Positions 16,507 to 23,520 of a stretch of DNA of 40,263 bases are shown in pieces. The DNA comes from a virus, in IMG/VR virus record IMGVR_UViG_3300017782_000058. One strand, given 5' to 3'. Under the pieces are notes generated by a model. The model did not search any database, was not told where the DNA came from, and worked only from the letters and a program-made list of their open reading frames with translations. A program made the position numbers and the translations under genes. Within the stretch, counting starts at the first letter, position 1, and every line of letters begins with the position of its first letter.

Positions 16507-17128
16507 CTAATTTAACTTCATCGTCATCAGTTACGGGCACGCCTGACATAGGAAACAGATTTGTTACTGCATCGAATATTATGTGCACCCTGTTGTCGTT
16601 ACCTTTATTGTCAGCGGTGTGTTCTTTCTTATGGTCAAACCACCACACATCCCCGACATTAAATTCCTGTCTCTGATCTCCACAGGTCTGGCTGCATCCT
16701 TTGTTGGACTGCAGTACCAAATGAAACCTGGAGTAATAATCTGCATACATTCCCTGATCATCGTGTGCGTCTACATGGCCACCTGGTTCCAGGTTAACCA
16801 CTAGCACCCTGCCTAGTTCTATCACCTCTAGCCAATCTAATACTGGCTTTAACAATGGCACTAGCTCATCTGCCAGGTAATCCATGCACGGGTAATCGTA
16901 TGCCCCTAGGTCAAACATCACATAGTAATGGCTCATCTTTAATGGGCCTCTTACAAATATGCATTTAGTATCTTTGTGTGCAGAGTTGCTGGCCTTCTGC
17001 CGTGCCTCTATCTCATCCCATAGCTCTGGCTTATCGCTCAGTAGCTTATTGAATGGCCCAACGTCTAACCCTGTCGTAATGCGAATAAAGTTATCATCGG
17101 GCTGTTTAGATCGACTTGTATGGATCAT
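16475..17128 (-). CDS. Aspartyl/asparaginyl beta-hydroxylase-family (cupin, 2OG-Fe(II)) oxygenase
   Basis: A 217-aa ORF. GGHVDAHDD...YSRFHLVLQS...GDVWWFDHKKEHTADNKGNDNRVHIIFD matches the H-x-D...H facial triad and the RxHxPL and FDxxxxHxxxN blocks of this family. Confidence 0.7.
   Translation of the reverse strand: MIHTSRSKQPDDNFIRITTGLDVGPFNKLLSDKPELWDEIEARQKASNSAHKDTKCIFVRGPLKMSHYYVMFDLGAYDYPCMDYLADELVPLLKPVLDWLEVIELGRVLVVNLEPGGHVDAHDDQGMYADYYSRFHLVLQSNKGCSQTCGDQRQEFNVGDVWWFDHKKEHTADNKGNDNRVHIIFDAVTNLFPMSGVPVTDDDEVKLDESGVSYDRH
16532..16545 (-). promoter_or_regulatory. Conserved strand-specific motif, exact copy (CAGGCGTGCCCGTA)
   Basis: The minus strand reads CAGGCGTGCCCGTAACTGAT, 25 nt upstream of the GNAT start codon. 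It lies inside the 3' end of the hydroxylase ORF. Confidence 0.5.
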
Positions 17129-18425
17129 GATCTTTTTTAATCGCCCTTTCTTGCGCTTTGATGTAAATGTCTTTCGGCTCTTGTTTAGCCACCGGGTGAG
17201 CGAATGTTAGGCATAGCGCATCAGCTAGATCTGGTGACCCGGCCCCCTGCAATCGCTTCTTAATTAAATCTTTGCTTTCGAGCACACGCCTACCAGAGCT
17301 GTCATACCAGTAGATGGGTGTAGCTAGTTCTTGTTTCAGTGCGCTATCATTCGGTATAGCTCCACCGAGCTCCACCCATTCTTTCATATCCCACCACATC
17401 TCAGTTCTACGATTGATGTGCAGCTCTGGCCGTGTAGCCTTTCCACCAAACGGTACTTCGATCACGCTGTAATCTAACTGACGCAACCTATCAATGACGC
17501 CTGACCCTGCCCCTGCATCTATGAATACTGCGTCCGGGTCATGCTCCTCTATAAGATTTGCCACCCGTGATGCCAGCTCCATATTATCGATGCCCCGATA
17601 AACAACAGGCTTAAATGCCTGTCTACCCTGACGCCTAAACACAACTGATCTATCATCACCAAACCTGGCTGGATCTACGCCCATGACTACAGGCGCATGA
17701 TCTACATCAGGCGCTTGATAAACACGTTGTGCTGCTAACTCTGCATCGGCCAATGAGATTAACTGGTCATCACCAGCTGCTGAGAAATCACATAGGTATT
17801 CCCTGGCAAAAGATGTTTCGGCCATGTCACGTTTTAAACGCTCAACCTCATCAGGATGCAAACTGTCTGTATCGTAAACGGTGTATCGAGATGCTGTCCA
17901 TCCCTCAAGGTCAACAGCTCTATGATACAGCTCACTAAATAAATTGATACCGCTTGGCGTGCCTATGAATACAGCCCAGCCCAGGCGGTCAGATAAAGCC
18001 GGCTGTACTATGTCATTCCATACCTCGGGTTTAATCTGCGCCACCTCATCTATTACAATCCCATCAACTCTCAAGCCACGCATGGCATCAGGGTTGTCAC
18101 CGCCAAACAATCTAATGATAGCCCCGTTGTGTTTAAACTTAACAAACAGATCGCCTTCATTGATATCGATTACGTTAGTTCTGCGTAGTGGCTCGAGCTT
18201 TTGTTTTAGCCTGGCCCATGCAATTGCTTTTGATTGTTTTAGGAATGGTGCAACATATAGAAACAAGGCCAGATCTTTGTCTGTCTTCATTGCCTTGTCG
18301 ATTAGCTCCATGATTGCTAGCTCGGTCTTGCCGGCCCTTCGGTGCAATGCATAGACGCTAAATCTTTGCCTGCTTTGGTGGCATTGTTTCTGCCATGACC
18401 TTGGGGCGTAATCTAACTTAATCAT
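17106..18425 (-). CDS. terL: Terminase large subunit
   Basis: A 439-aa ORF. It has a Walker A-like RRAGKT, a Walker B GIVIDEVA, and nuclease-domain acidic motifs (VMGVDPARFGDD, VFIDAGAGSG, DLADAL). Confidence 0.9.
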   Translation of the reverse strand: MIKLDYAPRSWQKQCHQSRQRFSVYALHRRAGKTELAIMELIDKAMKTDKDLALFLYVAPFLKQSKAIAWARLKQKLEPLRRTNVIDINEGDLFVKFKHNGAIIRLFGGDNPDAMRGLRVDGIVIDEVAQIKPEVWNDIVQPALSDRLGWAVFIGTPSGINLFSELYHRAVDLEGWTASRYTVYDTDSLHPDEVERLKRDMAETSFAREYLCDFSAAGDDQLISLADAELAAQRVYQAPDVDHAPVVMGVDPARFGDDRSVVFRRQGRQAFKPVVYRGIDNMELASRVANLIEEHDPDAVFIDAGAGSGVIDRLRQLDYSVIEVPFGGKATRPELHINRRTEMWWDMKEWVELGGAIPNDSALKQELATPIYWYDSSGRRVLESKDLIKKRLQGAGSPDLADALCLTFAHPVAKQEPKDIYIKAQERAIKKDHDPYKSI

Positions 18426-18882
18426 CAGGCACGCCTGTACTGACTACCAGGTTTATGCCGCCCTCATGGTTGAGCCCTACCTTGTCACCATACTTTTTTG
18501 GGTTCCATTTAGATAAGAGTTTTAACCTGGCTTCGATCCTGTTCTTACTCCAGGCAACATGAGCGCTATCCATTCTAGGATTATCACCGCCTGTTTGCAT
18601 TGGCATAGCATCGATGATCTCCAGGCATTCTTCTGCAATAGCATCAGCCCCCATGTCTCGCGCGTGCGCGATGCGTGCCAGAAACTCTGGATCTTTATCC
18701 AGCCAATGGTAAATAGTACGCCAGGCCGGCTTACCTTTTAACCGACAGAATGCACGCAAAGTTTTACCGTCAGAGATCCAGTCCAATAGTTCATCGACTA
18801 TTTTCTGATCTGGTTTCTCAGCTGGTCTACCCTTCTTTGCGGATGGTTTTCCAGTTTTCTGGTGTTTGTGCTCTTCTTTCAT
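18418..18882 (-). CDS. terS: Terminase small subunit (P22 gp3-like HTH type)
   Basis: A 154-aa ORF. ELLDWISDGKTLRAFCRLKGKPAWRTIYHWLDKDPEFLARIAHARDMGADAIAEECLEIID is the typical small-terminase N-terminal DNA-binding pattern. Its stop overlaps the TerL start. Confidence 0.8.
   Translation of the reverse strand: MKEEHKHQKTGKPSAKKGRPAEKPDQKIVDELLDWISDGKTLRAFCRLKGKPAWRTIYHWLDKDPEFLARIAHARDMGADAIAEECLEIIDAMPMQTGGDNPRMDSAHVAWSKNRIEARLKLLSKWNPKKYGDKVGLNHEGGINLVVSTGVPDD
18426..18437 (-). promoter_or_regulatory. Partial copy (CAGGCGTGCCTG) of the conserved motif, at the TerS/TerL junction
   Basis: The 10-mer CAGGCGTGCC is shared with the copies at 16.5, 22.5 and 35.1 kb. It ends at the TerL ATG. Confidence 0.3.
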
Positions 18883-19090
18883 ATCTGCAAATCTTTGCCA
18901 CTGTTCCTCTGTCTATATTAAACATAGTTGATAATGTACCATAACCGATAGAATGATCTTCATGTAGATCGCGCATAGCGTCAACTGTCGCATCTGGTAT
19001 ACGAGCGTTTTGATGAGACATACCTACCCGGTATCCCTTCTCATTCACAGCTATCACTATTCTAGTTACCTTTGCCATCGCTCCTATCAT
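18827..19090 (-). CDS. Helix-turn-helix DNA-binding protein
   Basis: An 87-aa ORF. GMSHQNARIPDATVDAMRDLHEDHSIGYGTLSTMFNIDRGTVAKICRYERR is a resolvase-type HTH pattern common upstream of phage terminases. The true start may be the ATG at 19078. Confidence 0.6.
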   Translation of the reverse strand: MIGAMAKVTRIVIAVNEKGYRVGMSHQNARIPDATVDAMRDLHEDHSIGYGTLSTMFNIDRGTVAKICRYERRAQTPENWKTIRKEG

Positions 19091-19107
19091 CTAAAACAAA
19101 TCAAGTT

Positions 19108-19142
19108 TTAGTGAGATTATATCAACATTGATAATTATTCAA
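19108..19142 (-). promoter_or_regulatory. Sigma70-like promoter overlapped by an ATCAA-TG-TTGAT operator-like inverted repeat; candidate late/packaging promoter
   Basis: The minus strand reads TTGAAT (19142..19137), a 15-nt spacer, then a perfect TATAAT (19121..19116). The inverted repeat ATCAATGTTGAT occupies 19132..19121. The site lies in the gap before the HTH/TerS/TerL genes. Confidence 0.5.
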
Positions 19143-19356
19143 CAGCTATATCTCCGGTTACACACAATGCCCATAACACTTGTTCATCAGATATACGGTC
19201 ACCGCGCTCTTCAGCAATTGCATTTAATATTCTATTTGCACGTTCTCGCTCGATGCAAACACTGCCCAATTTGCAATAACCTTTGCATGGTGGGCAGCGT
19301 TCAGACTTATTGCGAACAACGCCTTTTTTTGTGTAGCTTGCTATAGAAGACATCAC
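19135..19356 (-). CDS. Hypothetical Cys-rich small protein
   Basis: A 73-aa ORF with a GTG or ATG start at 19356 or 19353. It contains CPPCKGYCKLGSVC. It overlaps the preceding ORF by about 50 nt, so the start is uncertain. Confidence 0.4.
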   Translation of the reverse strand: MMSSIASYTKKGVVRNKSERCPPCKGYCKLGSVCIERERANRILNAIAEERGDRISDEQVLWALCVTGDIAVE

Positions 19357-19558
19357 TCATAACTTTCTTCAATTCATCTGTTGGGCTTTTTCCTCGCTTG
19401 CTTTGTCTTGCGTTTAACGCTTCTCTCCGCTTGGCCAATGGCAATTTTAGCAGTGATCGTGCTTCGCACTCGAGCCGCCATTTTTCGCAATAGCTGCAGA
19501 CGTTTTGCCCACCAACTAATAAAATCTCTTTTGGCCTCTCGCAATTTTTGCATGACAT
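19307..19558 (-). CDS. Zinc-ribbon small protein
   Basis: I shortened the track ORF 19307..19663 to the ATG at 19558, which is preceded by GGAAGG 8 nt upstream. The protein starts MSCKNCERPKEILLVGGQNVCSYCEKW, giving a CxxC...CxxC pattern. Confidence 0.45.
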   Translation of the reverse strand: MSCKNCERPKEILLVGGQNVCSYCEKWRLECEARSLLKLPLAKRREALNARQSKRGKSPTDELKKVMSDVFYSKLHKKRRCSQ

Positions 19559-19563
19559 CCATG

Positions 19564-19968
19564 TTACCTTCCTTTCTTTGATTGTTCTTGTGCTAACGAT
19601 ATGATGATGCGCTGAATATAAACGGCAGTGTCCATTGCCTCTTCTTGCGCTTCGTTTAACCATTCAACGACAGGCCGTTCTGATTGCATCATGTTGCCGC
19701 CAAATTTTTCAATTCCCTTTCTTGCCCTGGCTTTTATTTTATCTATTACCTGGTCATTGATCGGGCAGCCTGTTGATATTTCTTTTAGCAATTGTTGCAC
19801 CTGTTGTTGTGCATCACCTAACTGTAAATCTATCTCATGTTCTGCCATCGAGCGTGCAGCCCAACCTTTTAAAAACATTTCATGAGCATACTGACTGCCG
19901 GCATCTTCTGGGTTTTCTGCTGCGTGCTGTTCCCAGGCTTTACTTGGTTCGCTATTAATTGCACTCAT
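19564..19968 (-). CDS. Hypothetical protein; weak resemblance to all-alpha (MazG-like) NTP pyrophosphohydrolase in the C-terminal half
   Basis: I shortened the track ORF to the ATG at 19968, preceded by a GAGAGGA ribosome-binding site. The C-terminal WLNEAQEEAMDTAVYIQRI resembles the EExxD metal-binding helix of MazG-like proteins. Confidence 0.35.
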   Translation of the reverse strand: MSAINSEPSKAWEQHAAENPEDAGSQYAHEMFLKGWAARSMAEHEIDLQLGDAQQQVQQLLKEISTGCPINDQVIDKIKARARKGIEKFGGNMMQSERPVVEWLNEAQEEAMDTAVYIQRIIISLAQEQSKKGR

Positions 19969-20167
19969 AATAATCCTCTCTATATGGCGGATAGCCGTTT
20001 CTAATATCAACGGGTATGCCTGCCTGTTTTTCACTCTCCCAGATCTGCCTGCCTTCACAGTACATATCTTGTTGCATTAAAAAATTTTCATAATCGCTAC
20101 GCCCTGCCATTCCAAAGGCAACAAACAATACGATTATAAATACAGCCACTGTAATTTTTTCTTTCAT
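19955..20167 (-). CDS. Small membrane-anchored/secreted protein
   Basis: The start was moved to the ATG at 20167. It has an AGGAGA ribosome-binding site and an ATGA overlap with the DnaC-like stop codon. The protein begins MKEKITVAVFIIVLFVAFGMAG (signal or anchor sequence), followed by a Cys-containing domain. Confidence 0.5.
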   Translation of the reverse strand: MKEKITVAVFIIVLFVAFGMAGRSDYENFLMQQDMYCEGRQIWESEKQAGIPVDIRNGYPPYREDYYECN

Positions 20168-20943
20168 CGATTTCTCCTGTAGCTGTCCCAATCGAAACCA
20201 ATCATCTTCCCACCATCTTCACGCAGCCGATCAGTGACACGTTCACCAAGGTAACCGCCGAGCTCATTGCCAGGAATATTTGATAGAAGAATTGCTGGTC
20301 TTCGTTTTTCGTATCGCTCATTGAGCACATCAAACAGAATTTGTTTTTCAAAATCTGACCCAAACTGAACACCAACCTCATCGAGTATCAAAAGATCTGG
20401 CGATGCATAGGCATCCACAATCTGGCTTTCTGTTTCGCCTTGAGTGTTCCAGCTATCTTTTATTCTTCTAATAAGACGTTGAACGGTGACAAATACTGGT
20501 GACCGATCTTGCTTCAAAATGTGAAGCGCAATGCCTATTGCCAAATGGGTTTTACCTGTACCCGGCTTGCCAACAAAGATTGCACAACGTCCTGTATCTA
20601 AAACCTGGTCAAAGTTTTCAGCGTATTCTTTTGCAAACGCTAATGCTTTTTCCTGGCCTGGGTTTTCTGCTTTGTAGCTATCCAGTGTCCTATCCCGGAA
20701 CCGTTCTGGTATAGCTGCTCCGCCTAACCTTGACTTCCATCGCAATTCTCTTCGCTCTTTTTCTCTCTCGATGGCTTCACGTTTTTCTTTTTCTTTATCT
20801 ATTGCTTTCTGTTCTTCTGAACAAACCGGGCAACTAGACCAGTGTGTTCCTAAAAAGTTTCTAGATGTGTATTCACCATGTTTATCACATTGGCGCTTTT
20901 CATCTGGCTGGGTTTTGCCCAGGACACTATCAAATTTATTCAT
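20164..20943 (-). CDS. DnaC-like AAA+ helicase loader / replication ATPase
   Basis: A 259-aa ORF. It has Walker A GKPGTGKTHLAIGIA, Walker B LLILDEVG, and an N-terminal zinc-ribbon pattern (CDKHGEY...CPVC). Confidence 0.8.
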   Translation of the reverse strand: MNKFDSVLGKTQPDEKRQCDKHGEYTSRNFLGTHWSSCPVCSEEQKAIDKEKEKREAIEREKERRELRWKSRLGGAAIPERFRDRTLDSYKAENPGQEKALAFAKEYAENFDQVLDTGRCAIFVGKPGTGKTHLAIGIALHILKQDRSPVFVTVQRLIRRIKDSWNTQGETESQIVDAYASPDLLILDEVGVQFGSDFEKQILFDVLNERYEKRRPAILLSNIPGNELGGYLGERVTDRLREDGGKMIGFDWDSYRRNR

Positions 20944-21590
20944 GATATTTCTTGCACTCCTTCCCCATAATTTATTTCGTTATATGATTTACCTTTCTGA
21001 TCCTTGACCCATTCAGCTCTAAACCCTCGCCAACCTCTAGCCTGCATCATGGTCAAGCAATCCTCGAGCTTGATGCCTGCCTTCTCCGCCTCTAACGTAA
21101 TGCCTACTAATCCTGTTGCTGTTAATGGCGCTTTGACATTTTTCCTATGCTTCAAGAAATCTTCCCAAATAGTTTTAGAAACATCATCTGGTTTATTTAT
21201 TTTTGTTTCTTGTTTCTTGTTTACTGTTTCATGTTTCTTGTTTGGTTGAACGACTGTTCGACTACCGTTAGCTCTAGCAGCTGCAGATGCCTTGCCAGCT
21301 CTTGATGCAGCGTCCAGTTTACCTTGGTATTTTTTAATCTCTTCATCAGCTCTGGGATTAATCCAGCCCACACCTTTATCGAGCTCAAAGAATTCTTCCA
21401 AAACAATCTGCACCTCATCAACCTGATCTCTCATATTGATTAAACGTGCAACGACTGTTGAGCTTTCGTTCAACGGCTCTTCATGTAGGTAATAAAGATC
21501 TAACAATCTTCGATACGCCAGGTCTTCTAATAAAGACAGATGCCTGGTATGGCTTATGTAATCGCCAATGTTAAAAGGGAAAAAGTGCAT
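20940..21590 (-). CDS. Replication initiation protein (DUF1376/YdaU-like N-terminal domain)
   Basis: A 216-aa ORF. MHFFPFNIGDYISHTRHLSLLEDLAYRRLLDLYYLHEEPL is the DUF1376 signature. It lies directly upstream of, and overlaps, the DnaC-like gene. Confidence 0.7.
   Translation of the reverse strand: MHFFPFNIGDYISHTRHLSLLEDLAYRRLLDLYYLHEEPLNESSTVVARLINMRDQVDEVQIVLEEFFELDKGVGWINPRADEEIKKYQGKLDAASRAGKASAAARANGSRTVVQPNKKHETVNKKQETKINKPDDVSKTIWEDFLKHRKNVKAPLTATGLVGITLEAEKAGIKLEDCLTMMQARGWRGFRAEWVKDQKGKSYNEINYGEGVQEIS
21204..21245. repeat. Six perfect-phase tandem heptamers (TGTTTCT TGTTTCT TGTTTAC TGTTTCA TGTTTCT TGTTTGG) inside the initiator gene; candidate origin iterons
   Basis: Read directly from the plus strand. 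The 7-nt period is out of phase with codons. An AT-rich run (gtttatttatttt) abuts it at 21191..21203. Confidence 0.6.
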
Positions 21591-21805
21591 TACTTGGCCC
21601 CCTTCACGCTGCCCTGTATGTGTGAACCATTTAACCTGGATGACAATTCAACCTGGATAAGTTTGTTCGACACTCGAGAGTTCTTGATCTGACAGGCCAC
21701 ACAACCAGCGTTGCTAGTGTAGCGCAGTGTTTCTCCGCAGGCTTTGCAGGGCTTCCCGGTATATTGCCGCTGGCCCTGCTTTGCTGCTAATCGTCTTGGT
21801 GACAT
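21590..21805 (-). CDS. Zinc-ribbon small protein
   Basis: I shortened the track ORF to the ATG at 21805, which is preceded by AGGAG 7 nt upstream. The protein reads MSPRRLAAKQGQRQYTGKPCKACGETLRYTSNAGCVACQ, giving a CxxC...CxxC pattern. Confidence 0.55.
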   Translation of the reverse strand: MSPRRLAAKQGQRQYTGKPCKACGETLRYTSNAGCVACQIKNSRVSNKLIQVELSSRLNGSHIQGSVKGAK

Positions 21806-21879
21806 TTGCGTTCTCCTATTTTTAGATTTGATTTTAAACACAGTCTAAACCAAAAACTAAAACTAGAAAAGCTATTTAT

Positions 21880-22218
21880 TTAAAATGGAATATCATCATC
21901 TAGATCAGGTTTTTTTGGTGGGGCTTGCCCGGCTCCTGATTGTGGCTGATACCCATCTTGTTTTGCTTTGTCGTGTGCTGTTGGCTGAAAATTGTTGCCA
22001 GTGTTTGGATCAAACATATTCACCAAAACAGCTGACGGGTTTGGCTTGTCACTAAAATCAGGCAAGCCGCCCAGGTTAACCCATCGATCAATCAATAGAA
22101 ATTGCCGGCCCTCATCGTTCTCCATGACAGCACCAATGTTTTGCCAGTTAGCTTTTTTTTCACCATCTTTCATGTACTCTCGAGTTTTCACTGCGAGATC
22201 TTTTACTTTATGCGCCAT
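21880..22218 (-). CDS. SSB-like protein with a canonical acidic C-terminal tip
   Basis: A 112-aa ORF ending in PDLDDDIPF, the bacterial SSB C-terminal interaction motif. A Gly/Gln/Pro-rich linker precedes it. The N-terminal approximately 70 aa are short and not a classic SSB OB sequence. Confidence 0.55.
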   Translation of the reverse strand: MAHKVKDLAVKTREYMKDGEKKANWQNIGAVMENDEGRQFLLIDRWVNLGGLPDFSDKPNPSAVLVNMFDPNTGNNFQPTAHDKAKQDGYQPQSGAGQAPPKKPDLDDDIPF

Positions 22219-22582
22219 AAGTTTTCTCCTTTAGGATGCGTATACGAACAAAACCACCGAGCATTTCGGTGTCCATAGTTGCGATGACAGTTGTAAACCG
22301 CTTGTCATCTATGCGGAGCGCGTCAGCTAAACCATCTATGCCGGCCTTCATTCGCGCAGTCAGGTTATCTCGATCATAGTTCCTTTTGTCCGGGGGAACG
22401 AATGTCATTTCGAGAACCATATCGTCAGGCAGATCCACTGCCTCTATTTTTTTCAGCTGCTCTTTTGCAACAGTGTGGCACGCCTGCCTGTAAGATTTTT
22501 TTGCCCGTGCCAATTTACCCCAATGCAGTCTAGCGTTTGGGCTCAGTTGGCTGGGCGGCCAGCCCAGGACAAGCTCAATCAT
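22208..22582 (-). CDS. RusA-like Holliday junction resolvase
   Basis: A 124-aa ORF. WPPSQLSPNARLHW... and YDRDNLTARMKAGIDGLADA fit the RusA size and acidic catalytic block. Confidence 0.6.
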   Translation of the reverse strand: MIELVLGWPPSQLSPNARLHWGKLARAKKSYRQACHTVAKEQLKKIEAVDLPDDMVLEMTFVPPDKRNYDRDNLTARMKAGIDGLADALRIDDKRFTTVIATMDTEMLGGFVRIRILKEKTYGA

Positions 22583-22797
22583 GACGCTCTTCCGAACACC
22601 ATTTCATGAGCAGTAATATCTATACCTCTTTCCCAGGCAATCTCGAGCAGCCTGCGCTGCAGATTTGTAGGCACAGTGCCTTGCCTCTTCCATCTACTTA
22701 CCGCAGCTGGATCTCGATCTATTGCCCTGGCTAGTTTACGTACTCCACCGAATTCATCGATAGCCAATTCAACGGGTGTTTTTGTATTAGTTTCCAT
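22579..22797 (-). CDS. Cro/YdaS-like HTH transcriptional regulator
   Basis: A 72-aa ORF. AIDEFGGVRKLARAIDRDPAAVSRWKRQGTVP is a Cro/YdaS-type HTH. It is the first gene of the minus-strand transcription unit, next to the divergent regulatory region. Confidence 0.7.
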   Translation of the reverse strand: METNTKTPVELAIDEFGGVRKLARAIDRDPAAVSRWKRQGTVPTNLQRRLLEIAWERGIDITAHEMVFGRAS

Positions 22798-22945
22798 TTA
22801 GAGATGTTGCCATAAATGCAACGCTTCGTAAACCGTTGATCTACAAGGGTTTCAGCAGGTCTACAAATATCAACAAAAAATAACTTGCGTTGTTGATGGG
22901 TGTTGATGTAAGCTCTACACACATTCAAAAAAAAGGAGTTACAAA
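22798..22945. promoter_or_regulatory. Divergent early regulatory region with operator-like repeats
   Basis: A 148-bp gap between divergent genes. It holds GTTGAT at 22835..22840, ATCAACA at 22869..22875, and TGTTGATG twice at 22891..22898 and 22901..22908 with a 10-bp period. TCTACA occurs at 22840, 22860 and 22914. AAGGAG precedes the plus-strand ATG. I could not assign exact -35/-10 hexamers with confidence. Confidence 0.6.
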
Positions 22946-23236
22946 ATGGGAAGACCAAAGAAGAATACACCTACCGCAGCTGATGTAGATATGCTCGGTT
23001 CGTTGTTGGCCCAAATCTCTGACCTGTCTAAGCAGGCAGATGCAATCAAAACTAAGCTAAAAGAAAGTGGCATGGATTGCAAAGAGGGCGCTCTGTTCAA
23101 CGCTGTAGTTGTGCATCAAATGCGTACTACCCTGGACAGCAAAAAGGTACGGCTAATGCTCGGAGACAAAGTTGCCTTGTGTGAACGTACCAGTGAAACC
23201 GTAAGCGTGCGAGTGAATGCCCGTAAAGCATCCTAA
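22946..23236 (+). CDS. Hypothetical early protein
   Basis: A 96-aa ORF with an AAGGAG ribosome-binding site. It has a coiled-coil-like N-terminal half. It is the first gene of the plus-strand recombination block. Confidence 0.6.
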   Translation: MGRPKKNTPTAADVDMLGSLLAQISDLSKQADAIKTKLKESGMDCKEGALFNAVVVHQMRTTLDSKKVRLMLGDKVALCERTSETVSVRVNARKAS

Positions 23237-23241
23237 CCGCA

Positions 23242-23267
23242 GGGGGCCATGCGCCCCCTTTTCGTTT
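23242..23267 (+). terminator. Rho-independent terminator/attenuator after the first plus-strand gene
   Basis: GGGGGC (23242..23247), loop CATGC, GCCCCC (23253..23258), followed by TTTTCGTTT. Confidence 0.6.
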
Positions 23268-23313
23268 ACATAAATCAACAGTGATGATACATTCATCAAC
23301 ACGGGAGAACAAT

Positions 23314-23520
23314 ATGCAGACCAATATCCACAGAGTTAAATCTATCGCAGTTAGCGAAATCAAAAAACTATCACAGTCTGATGCCAGCACATACACCAGG
23401 GACATTAACATTGTCTTTATGGTAGATGGCAAAGAGTGTTCATATGAATTGACTATGTTTACTGAAGAAAAATATTTGAGCGCTGAAGAAGCATCAGATG
23501 TTTTGGCGGTGAAATTATGA
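23314..23520 (+). CDS. Hypothetical protein
   Basis: I shortened the track ORF 23281..23520 to the ATG at 23314, which is preceded by a GGGAGA ribosome-binding site. The product is 68 aa. Confidence 0.5.
   Translation: MQTNIHRVKSIAVSEIKKLSQSDASTYTRDINIVFMVDGKECSYELTMFTEEKYLSAEEASDVLAVKL

Noticed and set aside
19374-19562. The 62-aa ORF (MDVMQKLREAKRD...) as the real gene at this locus
   Set aside because: It shares the locus with the zinc-ribbon frame that starts at 19558. That frame has better Shine-Dalgarno spacing (GGAAGG, 8 nt) and a CxxC...CxxC pattern. The 62-aa frame is extremely Arg/Lys-rich. A dual-coding arrangement cannot be excluded.
22477-22487. TGGCACG on the plus strand, within the conserved-motif copies, as a sigma54 -24 element
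   Set aside because: No TTGC(A/T) -12 element follows at the required spacing in any copy. The orientation would also drive transcription antisense to all surrounding genes.
22731-22970. The 79-aa minus-strand track ORF spanning the divergent regulatory region
   Set aside because: It overlaps the Cro-like gene out of frame and runs through the operator-rich intergenic DNA and the plus-strand ribosome-binding site and start. Its composition is unlike the real genes.
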